The position numbers and the translations under genes were made by a program. A stretch of 62,000 bases of DNA, from NCBI GenBank assembly GCA_013239625.1, contig MU054049.1, positions 631,015 through 693,014 of the forward strand, given 5' to 3'. Position 1 is the first letter of the stretch. Each line of letters begins with the position of its first letter. Below the pieces are notes generated by a model that saw only the letters and a list, made by a program, of their open reading frames with translations, made no database searches and was not told where the DNA came from. Shown here in pieces: positions 29,842 to 42,738 of the stretch. Origin of the DNA: Lama guanicoe (taxonomy: Eukaryota).

Positions 29842-30529
29842 GTTGGTTACAATATAAGCTTGGTTAAGATTACAGTTTACTTCTTGTTTTGTAATCTTCA
29901 GTGGCGCGAAACCTTCAGTTCTTTCCATATTTACTACCATCATTATTCAAAGTGTAGTAAGTATATGGGGTACAATTTGGGTGGTTAAATTTGAAAGCAC
30001 TGGCACACAGTTGTACCAGGGCATTGTACTATTATGTCAGTAACTGACTTCATAAAATGCACATCTTTTCCTGTGCTATTGACTTTCCATTAAAGAACAG
30101 AAATTTAAAACCTTTTTTTGTTGTTGGCACTGTCTTTAAAGAAAAAATTTCTCATAATTCATTATATTTACCTTTCTATTATTTTAACAGTCTTTACTTT
30201 GGATAAATAAACTAGAGCTTCAGTGCAAAATCTTGTACATGATGCCTAGTTAACGCTTTTCTCCTTTTGGTATTTTTGATTTAACTAAGGCAGTAACGAT
30301 AAAACTCCTGTCAGAAAGTATTCTGTCTCTAAGAAGAACGCTGGTTTGTAGGGTGTAAACATTTTCTTTTATCATAAGCTCATCTTATATTTAATTTTAG
30401 TACTTGTAAAGCATAAAGAATTGAAAGGAAAAGTTAAATGACAGGTAACAGGTACATATTAAGTACCACACTACATGACAGACACTGGTGGCTTATGTAC
30501 TTTGTTTGGTTTGGCTCTCCAAAACCCCA

Positions 30530-30690
30530 AGGAAGGATTGTTTATGAACATTTTACAGATGAGGAAACTAAAGTTTAGAAAAATTAAATGATATAAGACT
30601 ACAGATCTTTTTATGTAGAAAAGGTAATACTTGAAGCCATGTTTATCAGTAAGTTTAGAGGACATGGATTTTCCAGATCCCATATGGTCT
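30530..30690 (-). mobile_element. MIR SINE
   Basis: attttacagatgaggaaact core. Confidence 0.75.
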
Positions 30691-33373
30691 CTGGCTGCCA
30701 GCAGAGACTTCTGGCTACAGAGATTAGTACAGTTTTATGGAAGAGATTAAATTTGAGCTGAACTTTGAAGGCTGAGTAATGTTTCAACAGATAGATCTTG
30801 AATTTGAGTAAAACTGTGCCATTTGAATCATCCTTCTTAAACTCTTCTGCATTCTAAGAAAAAAATTGGATGTCGTATCTAACATCTTGTTTATAAGTAA
30901 GATTTATAACTATAGTTTTAGGTGCCCATTTTATTGTACTATAAACATATATTTGTTTAACTAATTTTTGTAGCTTCCTGTAACATTTTTGGTTGTATTT
31001 TGAGTTCTTTTAATTCTTTGTTTTTTAAATTCTTAATCAGGAATGCAATCTTCCAAATTATAATATAGATCTATTGAAAATATAAATTAGTTTTGACATC
31101 TTTTACCTGCAGTTGCTTTTTTAAAAAGCTACATTATAAATGCTTTATAGCTGAGTTAGTTAATTAGCTTTGTATTGATATACAGTAGTCATATAAGTGA
31201 ATTATTCATGATGGAGACTCGAATAGAACTTGAAAAAGTCCATTATCAGGGAGAGTTTTACACTTTAGCATACTGTTCTAGTGGATGACACATCCAAAGT
31301 ACCATGTGTTTGAGTAAACTTAATCTCATGATAGAGCAGTTGTATTTGTTCTTAATGTATAGGTGAAAAATTTGAATCCTAGACATTACTTGACTATGGT
31401 TATAAAATAAGTCAGTGGAAAAAGACCGGACTGCAAATTTCTAGACATTTCTGGATTCTCAGTTGTAGCTTGCAAAGAAGAGTGTTAGTAAATTAATCTG
31501 TTATAAAAATATTTAGTTCTTAATTATATGCAAAAACAGAAGGAAACAGTATTTAATGAATCAAAATATCAGATAATCACAGTGCCATTTTGACTTGATT
31601 TTCAAATATATTATTTTTTCACCTGGATTGCATCTTATTTTTATTTTGGTTTGGCTAATATTAAAATGAGTTTGCATGACTTTTTTGAGTGTGTAGAGAC
31701 TCACCGAGAGGGAAATGACCCAGATACCTGAAATTAAAGATTTTTCCATATTATTGCCATTCAGATTTTGAGAATTTACTGTATTGTTTTAAAGGTTAGA
31801 AAAAAACAAGTGGTTTTTTTTTTTCCCTTAGGTATTTGATTTTCAGATTAAAATAACTGTTTAATTATGATGCATTTAAAAGTTAATTTTTCTCAGATTA
31901 AGAAATTTGGTTAAAATGAAATTTGGACTAAAAAAACAGAGGCATGAAAAATTATATATGATAAAATTCTTTTATGATTTGAACGTTTCAGTACAAGTCT
32001 TTGAAGCTAGCCATGGTATGTATTCTGTACGCTTCAGTTAGAAAAGGTGCATCCTTTTCTATGTGCACAGTATTGTATGGGTTGGACTTCCAAACAAGTA
32101 ATGTCTCTGTTTCACTCCGACTGGGAACCTAATGGACCTTCCTTGTGTCTAGAAGGTTATCACATTTCTCCGTTTTCTCTCTTCTGTCTGGCCTAAAGTG
32201 CCTGGTCTGCTTTCCTTTCCCATTTCACCTCCCATCACCTGCTCTTTCCCTTGTGGTTCCATTCCTTTCTGTTTCCCAGCCTCCACCCCAGCACTGACAT
32301 GCTGAGTTCTAGAGCAGTGGTTTTTCAGCCTGTTTTGTTTTAACATCATTGGGTCCCTGAAACTCACCCCTAAGAAATTCTTATTGCTCAGTTTGAAAAC
32401 CATTTCTCTTTATTCCATAAATGTGTTCTTAAGGACTTTTATATAACTTGCATTATTTAATATACTCAGATTTGCAGTGACTTTTATTTAACGATCATTT
32501 AGTTCAAAAGCACTCATCTAGGGCATGAGTCACCTTTAACATATTCCCCATCTCCTACCCCATGTCATTCCCTCTCCTTCCTGACCGAACCCCCTTGAGA
32601 GGATTTTTCTATGTTAAGTATTCCTATTACTTTTTAAAATCCAGGAAATTCTTGTTAGGGTATGCTTTTGGTAAAGGTCTTCCCCAACTTTATCTGTTTA
32701 ATAAACTCATATTTGCATTTATCAAGTATTAGAAGAGAAACAGCAAGACCTGACTTTACCTAACTAGGGCACTTGTGTGACTCTGGCAAGTCATGTAACC
32801 TCATGTAAAATGGGGCAGTTGAACTAAGGATCCTTTGAATTAAGCTAATTTTGCTCTTTGTCTTGGTTTTTGCTTTAAAACAGGATGTACCAGAAGGATT
32901 GTTTGGACTTCACAGTAAGAAGATGTCATAAAGCATTTCTTTATTAGGGCAGCAGTTTTTAACTTTTTGAGTCATACATCCCATTGAGATCCTCTCTCCA
33001 ACAAAATGCAATACAGGCAGTTTTGTATGTATTATCAGTATTATTCATACACAACCTAAAGCCAATTCATGAATCTTACCATAGAATCATTTCTAAATAT
33101 GGCTTGTACTTAACAATTTTTGTCTTGAATTGAAAATGAAAAGCAAATTAGTAGAAAGGACAGGGCTTCAGGTTTCCAGACATTTTCAGAATTCTCACCT
33201 CATAGTTTGCAGTGAAAAGTGTTAGTGTTGGGTTGAGTATCACTTGCAGTTATTTTTAGTGAGCCTTTTAAAGCCCAAAGAGACGTTACTGACCACTAGA
33301 GATAGTCAGTACAATACAAGTAGCTCGGTCTGCAACTCTGTCTGCAACTGATTTGCTGTCTTGTTTCTCATAG

Positions 33374-33390
33374 CACAGGTGCAGCAGTGA
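33374..33390 (+). CDS. MAPK8: MAPK8 last exon, p46 acceptor: AQVQQ* (384-aa isoform)
   Basis: Upstream acceptor catag|CACAG GTG CAG CAG TGA; 1138+17 = 1155 nt. Confidence 0.95.
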
Positions 33391-33524
33391 TCAATGGCTC
33401 TCAACATCCATCGTCATCATCGTCTGTCAATGATGTGTCTTCAATGTCAACAGATCCGACTTTGGCCTCGGATACAGACAGCAGTCTAGAAGCATCAGCT
33501 GGACCTCTGGGCTGCTGTAGATGA
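33379..33524 (+). CDS. MAPK8: MAPK8 last exon, p54 acceptor: [17 protein letters not shown]...[11 protein letters not shown] (427-aa isoform)
   Basis: Downstream acceptor cacag|GTGCAGCA; TGA at 33522-33524; 1138+146 = 1284 nt. Confidence 0.96.
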
Positions 33525-34356
33525 CTACTTGGGCCTTGGGGGGGTGGGAGGGTTGGGGAGTCGTTTAGTCATTGATAGAACTACTTTGAAAACAATTCAG
33601 TGGTCTTATTTTTGAGTGATTTTTCAAAACTGTAGAATTCATTTTGTAGTAAAGTAGTTTATTTTTTTTTAATTTCAAGTGATGTAATTTAAAACTTAAG
33701 TTGTGTTTTAAAACAGCAACAAAATTGTATTGTATTTTTGCTGTAATTAACTGTATAATGTAAACCTAATTATTTTATCATGGTTTTAAATTTTTGCATA
33801 TTTGCTTTATCTTATGCTGCTGATTTTTTTTACTGAACTTGTAAGATTTTGTTTATCAAAGCAACTATTATGTGGTGACTTGCCTATATCATGAATTATT
33901 TAAGATTTTTATAGTTTTTTTAATTAGAATTTATTTCAAATGTTTTGTTCATGATGCTATCCTTCAGGGTTATGTGCTTATCAATGAAATAACCCCAGAG
34001 GAATGAGGGAAAATAACCTGTAGCCAGTTATATTCAGGAATAACTACTGTAAATGATGAACGTGTTTTTAAAAAAAAAAAAACCTCCAATATTTTCTACT
34101 TGCCAATTCTGATTTAGTTACAATTGGTAGGTAATCCTACACGAATTTTAGCAAAAGCCCCATCATCTAAATGGCAGAATAACTCAGAGCATGTCAATGA
34201 AGATGCTGGGCGTCTACCACCACCCTCCTATCCCCCTATCCCACCCACCAAAAGTAAAGTAAGAGAGTATGGTTTTTCTGCAAATCTGTGGCATGCTCAA
34301 AGCTTATGGTCACGTAAAATCAAGAGGATACTTCATGAATAATACATTTCAATGCA

Positions 34357-34362
34357 AATAAA
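34357..34362 (+). terminator. Candidate proximal poly(A) signal of MAPK8
   Basis: AATAAA about 830 nt after the p54 stop. Confidence 0.45.
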
Positions 34363-37300
34363 CAGATGGTTCACCTTTACTAGCCATGAGCCTGTCTTTG
34401 TGTACACTGAGTGAATCTACGCAGGCTGTAGGTCCCAGCAGTGATCTGGAGTCTGGTCTTTCCCTTTCCTGCAGCCTCGGGCCCTTGGACCTGTCCAGTT
34501 TCCTGTTAGAGTATCAGTCAGTTGAGCACCAGTTCTCAAGGTGTTTCTGGCCATTTGAGTCTACCTGTGGCATAATCATATTTATACTAGCTGTCGGGAG
34601 GTTCCAAAGCCTACTTAGATTTCTGTAGGTGATGTATAAAATGAGCAATATACCGTTCATCTAAAAATAGTAGCACACAGCCATATATAGGATATCGTTT
34701 TTTAAGGACTGTTTCTTCACATTGAGCAGAGCAGGCATAAGTGGTGGTTACTTAGTCTGAGTCTTTCCTTTTTCTTTTTTTATACCTGATTTTCAGTAAA
34801 ACACACAATGTGGGTGTTGAACAGTGCAAGAATGGTGCTGCTCCTGACAAGTTGTATGGTAACTGTTTACATTTTATATCTGCAGAATTATTTCTCTATA
34901 ACTGAATTTTTCTTAAGTAAAATGTCATTGAAGTCTCATTATCTCTGAAATACGTTGTCTGTAATGCCCCAGGCACTTTTTATTATTTTTGGAACAAGAG
35001 GGATATCATGTAATGAACTGGGAAATGCGCACTTAAACAAGCGAAAGGTTCCAGGCAGAAAGCCCGTTGGAATTAATGACCAACAGGAGCAAGAACTGGT
35101 GTGGCTCAACGTGCAGCATCTGAAAGTCCGTTTGGCATGTTATTCATATATTTAGTGCAAAATTCCTTTCGAGTAAGGTATTTTAGGTCATTGTTAATGT
35201 GCAATATTTAGGATTAAAATACATTAATAGCCTTTTTATATGCTTTGAAATAGCAAGTTTGTTTTTGATGGTTTAAAGTCGTGATTTCTAGTCTCTTTTG
35301 AGGTTGTCAGCCGTTTTATCAATCCCTCTTCTACTCGTATGACAGGCTGCATTCACTTTGTTAGGCAAATTAAAGTTTTGAGACTGTAACACCTTTTGAA
35401 TTGTATGAACAGGATTGGATTTATGATTTCAGAAGAAATTCGAGCATGAATGTGTTCTTAGTTTGTATTAGTCTGACAATTAACTAGCTTTATTTCTGTA
35501 GGATGGGTTATTTCACTATTGCACTTTAACAACTGACATGCTCTCAGAAGATTCTCATATTTTGTATTTCCTTGCTGATAAGCCATCTCTATTGATACAG
35601 ATTTTGGTTGAGCAGGGAAAGCCAGGTGTTGTTACTGTATCGTTTGTTGCAAATGCCAGCTCCCACTTGCCAACCAGCATGTTTCAGTTGATTCAAAGAA
35701 AACTCTTTATTAGTCATGTAGACTGAAATATTTAAGTTATGCCCTGAATAGAAAGTCTGTTTGTTAGTGTTGTGTGCCCTGGGTTTTTAAAATGCAGTAT
35801 CTAAATACAACTTTCCCTCTTCTCTTGTAAGTCTGTTAAACTGAAGATGTTCTAGTTCTTTTTATTTTAGAAGCTTTTTGAATCTTTAAAACATCTTAAA
35901 CGTTTATGGTTTTTAAGAGGAATTACAAGTAAGATTTCTTCTGTCAAGCAGTACTTACGTGAACCCACCTTGCTTATCTTCTAACTTTGATTTTTCAACT
36001 TTTTATACTTTAAATACCCATCGTCTTACTGTCAGAAAATTATTTTGACCAAGATTTATTATTCAACTTTGTAGGTGAGGAAAGAGACACTAATTCTTTA
36101 TACATACTTCTTCAGGATTACAATTCTGTTTCCCTGTAATATGTACCATACTCTTCTGTTACCCTCTAATGTATTCCAACCATTTGTTAAATGATTTTGT
36201 TGTTGGGATTGCTTAATCATAGTAGATATAAAAGGAGCATCTCAACTGTTGCATACTGTTTGCTCAACAGCACTCACTTTGTCACACATCCTCGGCTGCT
36301 GACTGCTCCTGGTGTGCACTCTTCCAAGTTGGTAAAGGCACAGTGCATTCACACCAGACTTCCTAAGAGAAATGCCAGCCTCTTAAGTGAGGAGGCTACC
36401 ACCCAGCCCCCTTAACGATATCGAGAAGCTTGACTGTACTGCAAAGCAGCAGACCTTCCCGTCAGCCCTTTGGTTATTTGGTTCCACGCTAATCCTGCTG
36501 CGTTGTCTGAAAAGGTGAAGGTGAAGGTGAAGAGGACATCGATGTCTGGTAGTGAAGTCAGCAGCAGGCAAGTGAATGCGGTTGGGGTTACAGATAAGAC
36601 TTGGTACACACTGTTGGCCTGTGTGTGCTGCACTCTGAAGACGTAACTGCTCATTGTTGCCTAGGCACAAGCCTGTACAACATTTTGAGGTAAAAACATA
36701 GTCTATTTTCAGAAAAAAAAAACTGTTGTAGTTTGTGAGTTGTTTGTTGTTCATTAGTCAGACACTAGCTGTAGAGTGAATGCATGACGCCCCACGACCC
36801 CCGTAAACTCACCAGTAGAAAAAGCAAACACCACTGTTCTGTTGTTAGCAGCCCCCCTAAATGTTGCCTCCGATCCTTTACGTTTTAGGACACACTGTGT
36901 TTCTACTGATCTCTCTTAGGTTTTTCCTGAATCAGAGGAAACTAATTTTTCCTTAATAGCAAGAAAGATGAAGAGGTAAAGGGCATTGAAGCAGAAATGT
37001 ATAGTTTGGGGTACGATTAGAAAACTGGTAAGGAAAACAGAAATCCGAATTTCAAACTAACTGCTCTTAGTTAAGTGCTCTTAAGGAGAGTCTAGTAAGA
37101 GTATCAGTTTCTGGCCATTTCTGGTTTAGATTCTCTTCGTTACTGAAACTTCTGAGAAATATTACCTGTGGATTAGTTTTGCACAATGTTCTATTCTCAC
37201 AGTAATTTAACAAATTGAACTAGGTTTTTATTGAACTACCTCACACTAATTTTCTATGCTTTCCCAAGTAAGCTGTTGCCCTTACTGTTAGATCTTCACT

Positions 37301-37959
37301 GAGTGTGAATTATAAATGTGTGTTAAATACTTTATAGCCAGTGTTGACACATTACCAGTAAGTATGTAAAATATATACCTTGCATCAGTAAGAGAGACTC
37401 ACCTGTCAAACCTTCCACTGTCCGTCTCGGGAAATTGTTAGATGTGCTTGTTGGACATTATGCTGTCTGTTTCTGTAAGTAGAAACCTGCTCGTGACATC
37501 AGTCCATTCTTTACATTTTGCAAAAGGAATAAATCTTAGTAAATTTTACGAAGAAATAAATTACTTTTGTAGGCCCGATATTTGGTATATTTTTGAGAAG
37601 CTCTTAATCTTTTAGCCGAATGATGAAGTTAAAGTGAACTAGCTGTCTACCTGGACTGTGACATCTATTTTCTCATTATAGCTTATCCTGTTCAACAGGT
37701 TTTGAAACCTGCAACCTGAGTATGATAACTGACATTTGCTTTTCTCCCTATATGATGCCGTTCCTTCTTCATTCCTCTCCCTTCCCTGTGTTCCATTCCC
37801 TCCCCTTTCCTCTCCTCTAGACAAAACAAAATGGGGCACTTTGTAGGGAATGCTGAGATAATTATTGTGGTTTTTAATCATTCATGCCCTAGTCATTAAA
37901 CATGCACCACTGGAATGTAAACAATGTTATCTAGTATGTTAATTGGTTATAATATTTTA

Positions 37960-37965
37960 AATAAA
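37960..37965 (+). terminator. Probable distal poly(A) signal of MAPK8 (further AATAAA at 37528 and 37555)
   Basis: AATAAA with upstream TGTA (~37915) at the end of the AT-rich UTR-like block. Confidence 0.65.
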
Positions 37966-39029
37966 AAAGAAAAAAGTGGTATGAAAAAAAATGAAATTAA
38001 GAGTTTTTTCATTGAAAACAAAATATAAATTTGTGGTAAGCAGTTTTTCTGGGCACCTTCAAGATTCCCTATGGACTGGGATCCACAGGGTACTAGGACA
38101 GTTCTCCTTAGACTTGGATTTTATACAAATTCTGAAGAGCCTAAACTATCGCCCTGGTTTCCTGGCTTGTGTAGTCTTGCTTTTCTGGTGTTGGAACTTG
38201 CTAGAAAAACATTATCTAAAAAGGAGAATTTGCTTCAGTTCCCTTAACCTAGTTCTTGGTAACCATGTGACAGAGCAGCCATCATGGCCACTTGGCAACA
38301 GTAAGTATTGAAAGAGGATCTGTTTCAAAACAAACCAGGGATTTCGGCTCTGCATGCGCTTCCAGCTTTGCCAAGCAGGTGTTCTCCTTGCCCACACCAG
38401 GCAGGCTGCTGCGTGGATGTCAGGCTCGCCCGCTGCGGACGTCCAGTCTCTGTATGATGACACTTTTCCCTCTTGCTCAACTCTTTCTCCAGATGACCCT
38501 CGTACCCATGTGGTCACATTCCCCTTCCCCTACGCTCACACTTCCCTGCCCTGAGGAAGGGACAGGCTGGGGCAAGCTTCTACCTGGTCATGGCTGCCCC
38601 ATCAGCTGACATGGTTGCCAGCCTGGTGCTGTCTGCCTCATCGCAGTCACTGGAGAGGCCCCCAGTGATAGACTGGGTGGCAAGACAGACATCAGTGTTG
38701 AGTGTTGAGCTAATTTCATTTGCATCCAGTCAATATCCTGGTGACACCAAATGAAATGGAGTAATTCGTTCTTGTTAATTGAGGTGCTGCATTTATTTTA
38801 GTATTGCTCCTTAAAAGGTCCATTGACTTTGTGTTAGTGAAAATTAACTCACACTGATTTTGTGGTTTGAATTTTTTTTTTTTTTTTACCCTTTATAGGT
38901 TATACACCAGTATGGCTTTGGACTTCATCTGAAACTAAAAGATACTTGAGAGATGTTTTATAAAGCTAGGCTTCTAACATATTTCATTTCCATCCTGTTG
39001 TCTCTTCCCCTGCTTTGGTGATTAGTTAC

Positions 39030-40100
39030 ATATTTCATTTAATTTCATCAGTTAATGTGTGTATATGTGTCTTAGACCCTGTGCTGGAAGCTGGGGGTGG
39101 AGAGAGATACAGAAATGGATGACGCTCAGAGTCTAGTCAGCTTGATTGAAGTAAGTGCGTGGAGGAGTGAAGACCACGCCGAAGGGACACGGGGAAGGAC
39201 TGGTTAGAGGAAATGAGGAGGGCTTTGTGGAGGAGGCATGTTTCTGAGGAAGGGTATCCCCAGGGAAAGGGTAAGGCAAGGAGGAAGGTGTGTGTACACG
39301 CAAGGGGTGGGGAACAGCCTGGCGGGGTGTGGGTCTGTGAGGAGAGAGTATGACGGGAGGTAAGACTGGAAAGTTGGAGATCAGAACTGAAACATTTTGA
39401 AGAAATTGTTTTCATTTCAAAGGCAGTAGGAACTCCTGGTTTGTGAGAAAGAGGTTTATGACCAGACCTTTGTTTTAGGAGGGTCACTGACAGTGGGAGC
39501 AAGTCTGGTTAGACTGGAAGTGTGGAGACTGGGGACTGGGAAGCCAAAGATGCTCAGTTGAGTAATTCTCATTTGAGAGAAATGCCTCAAAATCAGTATT
39601 GAGGTTTCGGGGTTTTGTTTTGTGTTCTGAGACGTGTAGCAGTTCACCACTGTGTTTCGGTTCTATTTCATGTCATTTCCACCGTTCACCCATTCCAGCT
39701 GGACCTCCTCCACGGCCTGTAAGTTACAGCTTTGTGCACGTGCTCTTTGTTTACTCCCGCATTTGCCCATTTGAAATCCTCATTGCTGAAGACCCAGGCC
39801 AAACAGTTCCTCCTCTGATAAACCTTCTCTGCAAGGGCTTTTTCTTTCATGTCCCCGTTGCATGTTTCCTCACTCAACTCTATTCCTTCGTTCACGCCCT
39901 CCCTGCTTTGTTCCATAGAGGACGTAAGACAGCAGCATGCTGTGTGCCTCTTACAGTCATTCTGTGAGGACATCCTGTGTGCTTGTCTGCTCCTGTCGCT
40001 TCGCCCCGGAATCCCCTGGGTGGAAGAACCTGTCTTACTCCAAGTTCACGGTGCCTGGGAAGTAGGCGTTCAGTAAATGTTGGGCTGTGTAAGCTAATGA
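39030..40100. mobile_element. L2 fragments in opposite orientations
   Basis: ccctgtgctggaagctgggg...; ...gtgcctgggaagtaggcgttcagtaaatgttg. Confidence 0.5.
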
Positions 40101-40719
40101 CTAGGACCTGCCTTCTACGCCGTTTCTGTCCTCTGACATCCACTATGCATGGCCCTCAAGATGCGGTATAAGGGAATTGCATACAACGCTGTGAAATTAC
40201 TGTAGTAACGAGGACATGTGCTCTGACACCAGATACCCAAAGTAGAAGCCTGGCTTCACCCTAGGCACCTCACCTACAGCAAGTTGCCAAAACTCCATAG
40301 CTGTTTTCTCGGAGGGGCTCAAGAAAGAAGGTGATTCTGACAGAAATAGCACCATGAGAGGGTTGGTCTTCTTACGAGCTTCCCAAGATGATTCTGTTAT
40401 GGTCCCTCCGTTCGTTATCAGCTGCTTAGAGACCGACATCCCCAACCCTCCACCAGGAGCAGCGGTGACGGGAGGCAGCGTGCAGCAAAGAATCAGGGAG
40501 GTCAGGCTCTCAGGGTGTTACTAAAAAGGGAACCAGGCAGACATCAGGAGACCCTGATGGAGGCCAGAAAGGGGTGAGGAGGTGGAGGAGGGCAGACGTG
40601 CAGCCAAAGTGGTTATCCTGCCCCACCTTTCCTCAAACCCTTCAGTACCTAACAGCAGTTCCCAAAGTTTGTCACACAGAACACAAGTTCTGTGCTGAAT
40701 TAGTAGCAATATTCGTGGA

Positions 40720-40950
40720 AAGCTTACTGTATGCCAGGCACAAAGTGCTTTGGCCATATGAGCTCACAGAGTTTACAACTTGATGAGGTAGGAACTATTA
40801 CTCTCCCTTCTTATGTGATGAAACTGAGGCACAGAGATGTTGAGTAACTTGCTCATGGCTGCACAGCTAACGATCCAATGGGGCCAGGATCTGAATCTGA
40901 GTAGTCTGGCTCCAATTTTCATCTCTAACCTCTGTGCTCTACTGCCTGAG
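40720..40950 (-). mobile_element. MIR SINE
   Basis: tgccaggcac...gaaactgaggcacagagatgttgagtaacttgctcatggctgcacagct. Confidence 0.85.
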
Positions 40951-41663
40951 AAGTTTTATGTGAACAAAGGGTTTTGTGTGGTCAAATAAATTTGGGGGCT
41001 GTTAATTGAAGGAGCAGCATGTTTCTCATTTTTCAGGATGTCTGAGAGATTTTAGCACGTAAACCCACCTACAACTGTGCCCCGGTTCTCTGTCTTCCTA
41101 CCTCCTCTCTCCGAAGCCAACCCTTCCACATTTTCTGGCCTTTTTTCGCACTTCCCCTCCTCGTTATTGCCCTGTTCTCTTCCTCAGCAGCCTCTCCTCT
41201 GCTGGATCATTCTCGGCAGCACATGAGCATGCTCCAGTAATCCCCTTCTTGGAAAGCTCTCCCTTGCCCCTCCACTGTACCACCCCACTTCTCTGCTCCC
41301 ACCTGCTCCCATTCACGTCAGCACTTCTGGAGAGACCGGTCTGGGCACGCTATCCTCCCTTCACCTCTCAGTCTTCACCCCATTCCTGTCTAGCTTCCAG
41401 CCTGTCACTCTACCACACGTGGCCTAGACCACGCTGACAGTTCCCTGACTAGTTGCCCTGCTCCCACTCCCAGCCCCCAAATTCCTCCACTACTCACCGG
41501 TGGCCAAAGGAGCCTGGTTGGAACGTAAGCCAATTCATGTCCATTTATTTAAAGCCCTTGAATGCTTTTCTATATCCCTTCAAATAAAAACTCCACCGTG
41601 GGAGGCAGGGCCCTACAGTGTCTGGCCCCTGCTGGGCTCTAGCCCCGTCCTCCTCCCACCATG

Positions 41664-41678
41664 CCAGCAGGGGGCGCT
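41664..41678 (+). promoter_or_regulatory. CTCF core motif
   Basis: CCAGCAGGGGGCGCT matches the CCASYAGRKGGCRS consensus; motif only, no binding data. Confidence 0.55.
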
Positions 41679-42724
41679 GGCACTTGTGCAAACGTCTGTA
41701 GCTCTGCCCCTTCTGCCTGCAGCTGTCTGTTTGCATGGCTGCCCCTTCCTGTCCCTCAGTCTGAGTTCCGTCACAGGGACAGTGTCTCATATGTACAAGC
41801 TGACAGCTAAGTAGATATGACAGTTACCCCACACCACTGCTGCCACCTCTCACTGTCCCTTTGTGGCAGAACTACACAGGATATTGGGGGAACTCTTCAG
41901 GGGGCTGGGGGCCCTGCATCGAAAGGAAGAGGAGCTGGTGAAATCTGTTGTCATTGTTACTCCATTTATTGCCCACAGGTCAGGGAGCCTGGATCCTGTG
42001 CTCCATTCTGAAGCCCTGTTACTGCGTGTAGTGACACGGTTCACGCCTGGTCCATTATTCCAACAGCCAGGTAAAGTGAGAAATATCTCCCCCTCTGTCT
42101 TTGTCTCTGCCTCTGTCTCTTTCATACACATACATCCTTAAAATCGTATTCTAACTTCTTTAAAAAGGGACATTTGTCAGTCTTTTAAAATAAGACAACT
42201 CCCTTTTTTTCAATATGAGATTTAAAATTCCCAGTTTTTTCTTTAGAGTCAGGCACAAATTTTAGAACACTTTTGGAGTAATTTGAGACTACAATCTTAG
42301 ATTTTTACCAATTTTCCATTCTTGCATGGTTGATTCATCCGTGATTTGACAGATTTTTTTTTTTAGTTAAGTTGCCTTTACTAAGTCTAAAGCATTCATG
42401 TAGGTTTTCAAAAAATTGATTATCCTTTCACGTTTATAATTCATTGGTTTACTTAATATTAAATGATGTACTAGATATAAGGAATCTACAGGTTTGGAAA
42501 ACAGCTTCTACAAATGTAACTCAGCTGGGGAGAACGGAGTGGATAGGGACAAGGTACTAGGCCAGAGCCCCAGCGTCAGTGCTCAGTGCTTTACAGGCAG
42601 AAGTCAGTACGTTTTACAGACAGAATGGAGAGTGCTGGTTAAGTGGCAACTGGAGTACAGAACGTCTACGGAAGGTTACCAACTAATTTTCAGAGAAAAA
42701 TCACATGTGCAGGTTTTAGTTTTG

Positions 42725-42738
42725 CCAGCAGGTGGCAG
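42725..42738 (+). promoter_or_regulatory. CTCF core motif
   Basis: CCAGCAGGTGGCAG; motif only, no binding data. Confidence 0.55.

Noticed and set aside
36191..36754. ORFs (74-123 aa) and a short (GGTGAA)3 repeat in the MAPK8 3'UTR
   Set aside because: No homology recognised; length is compatible with chance.
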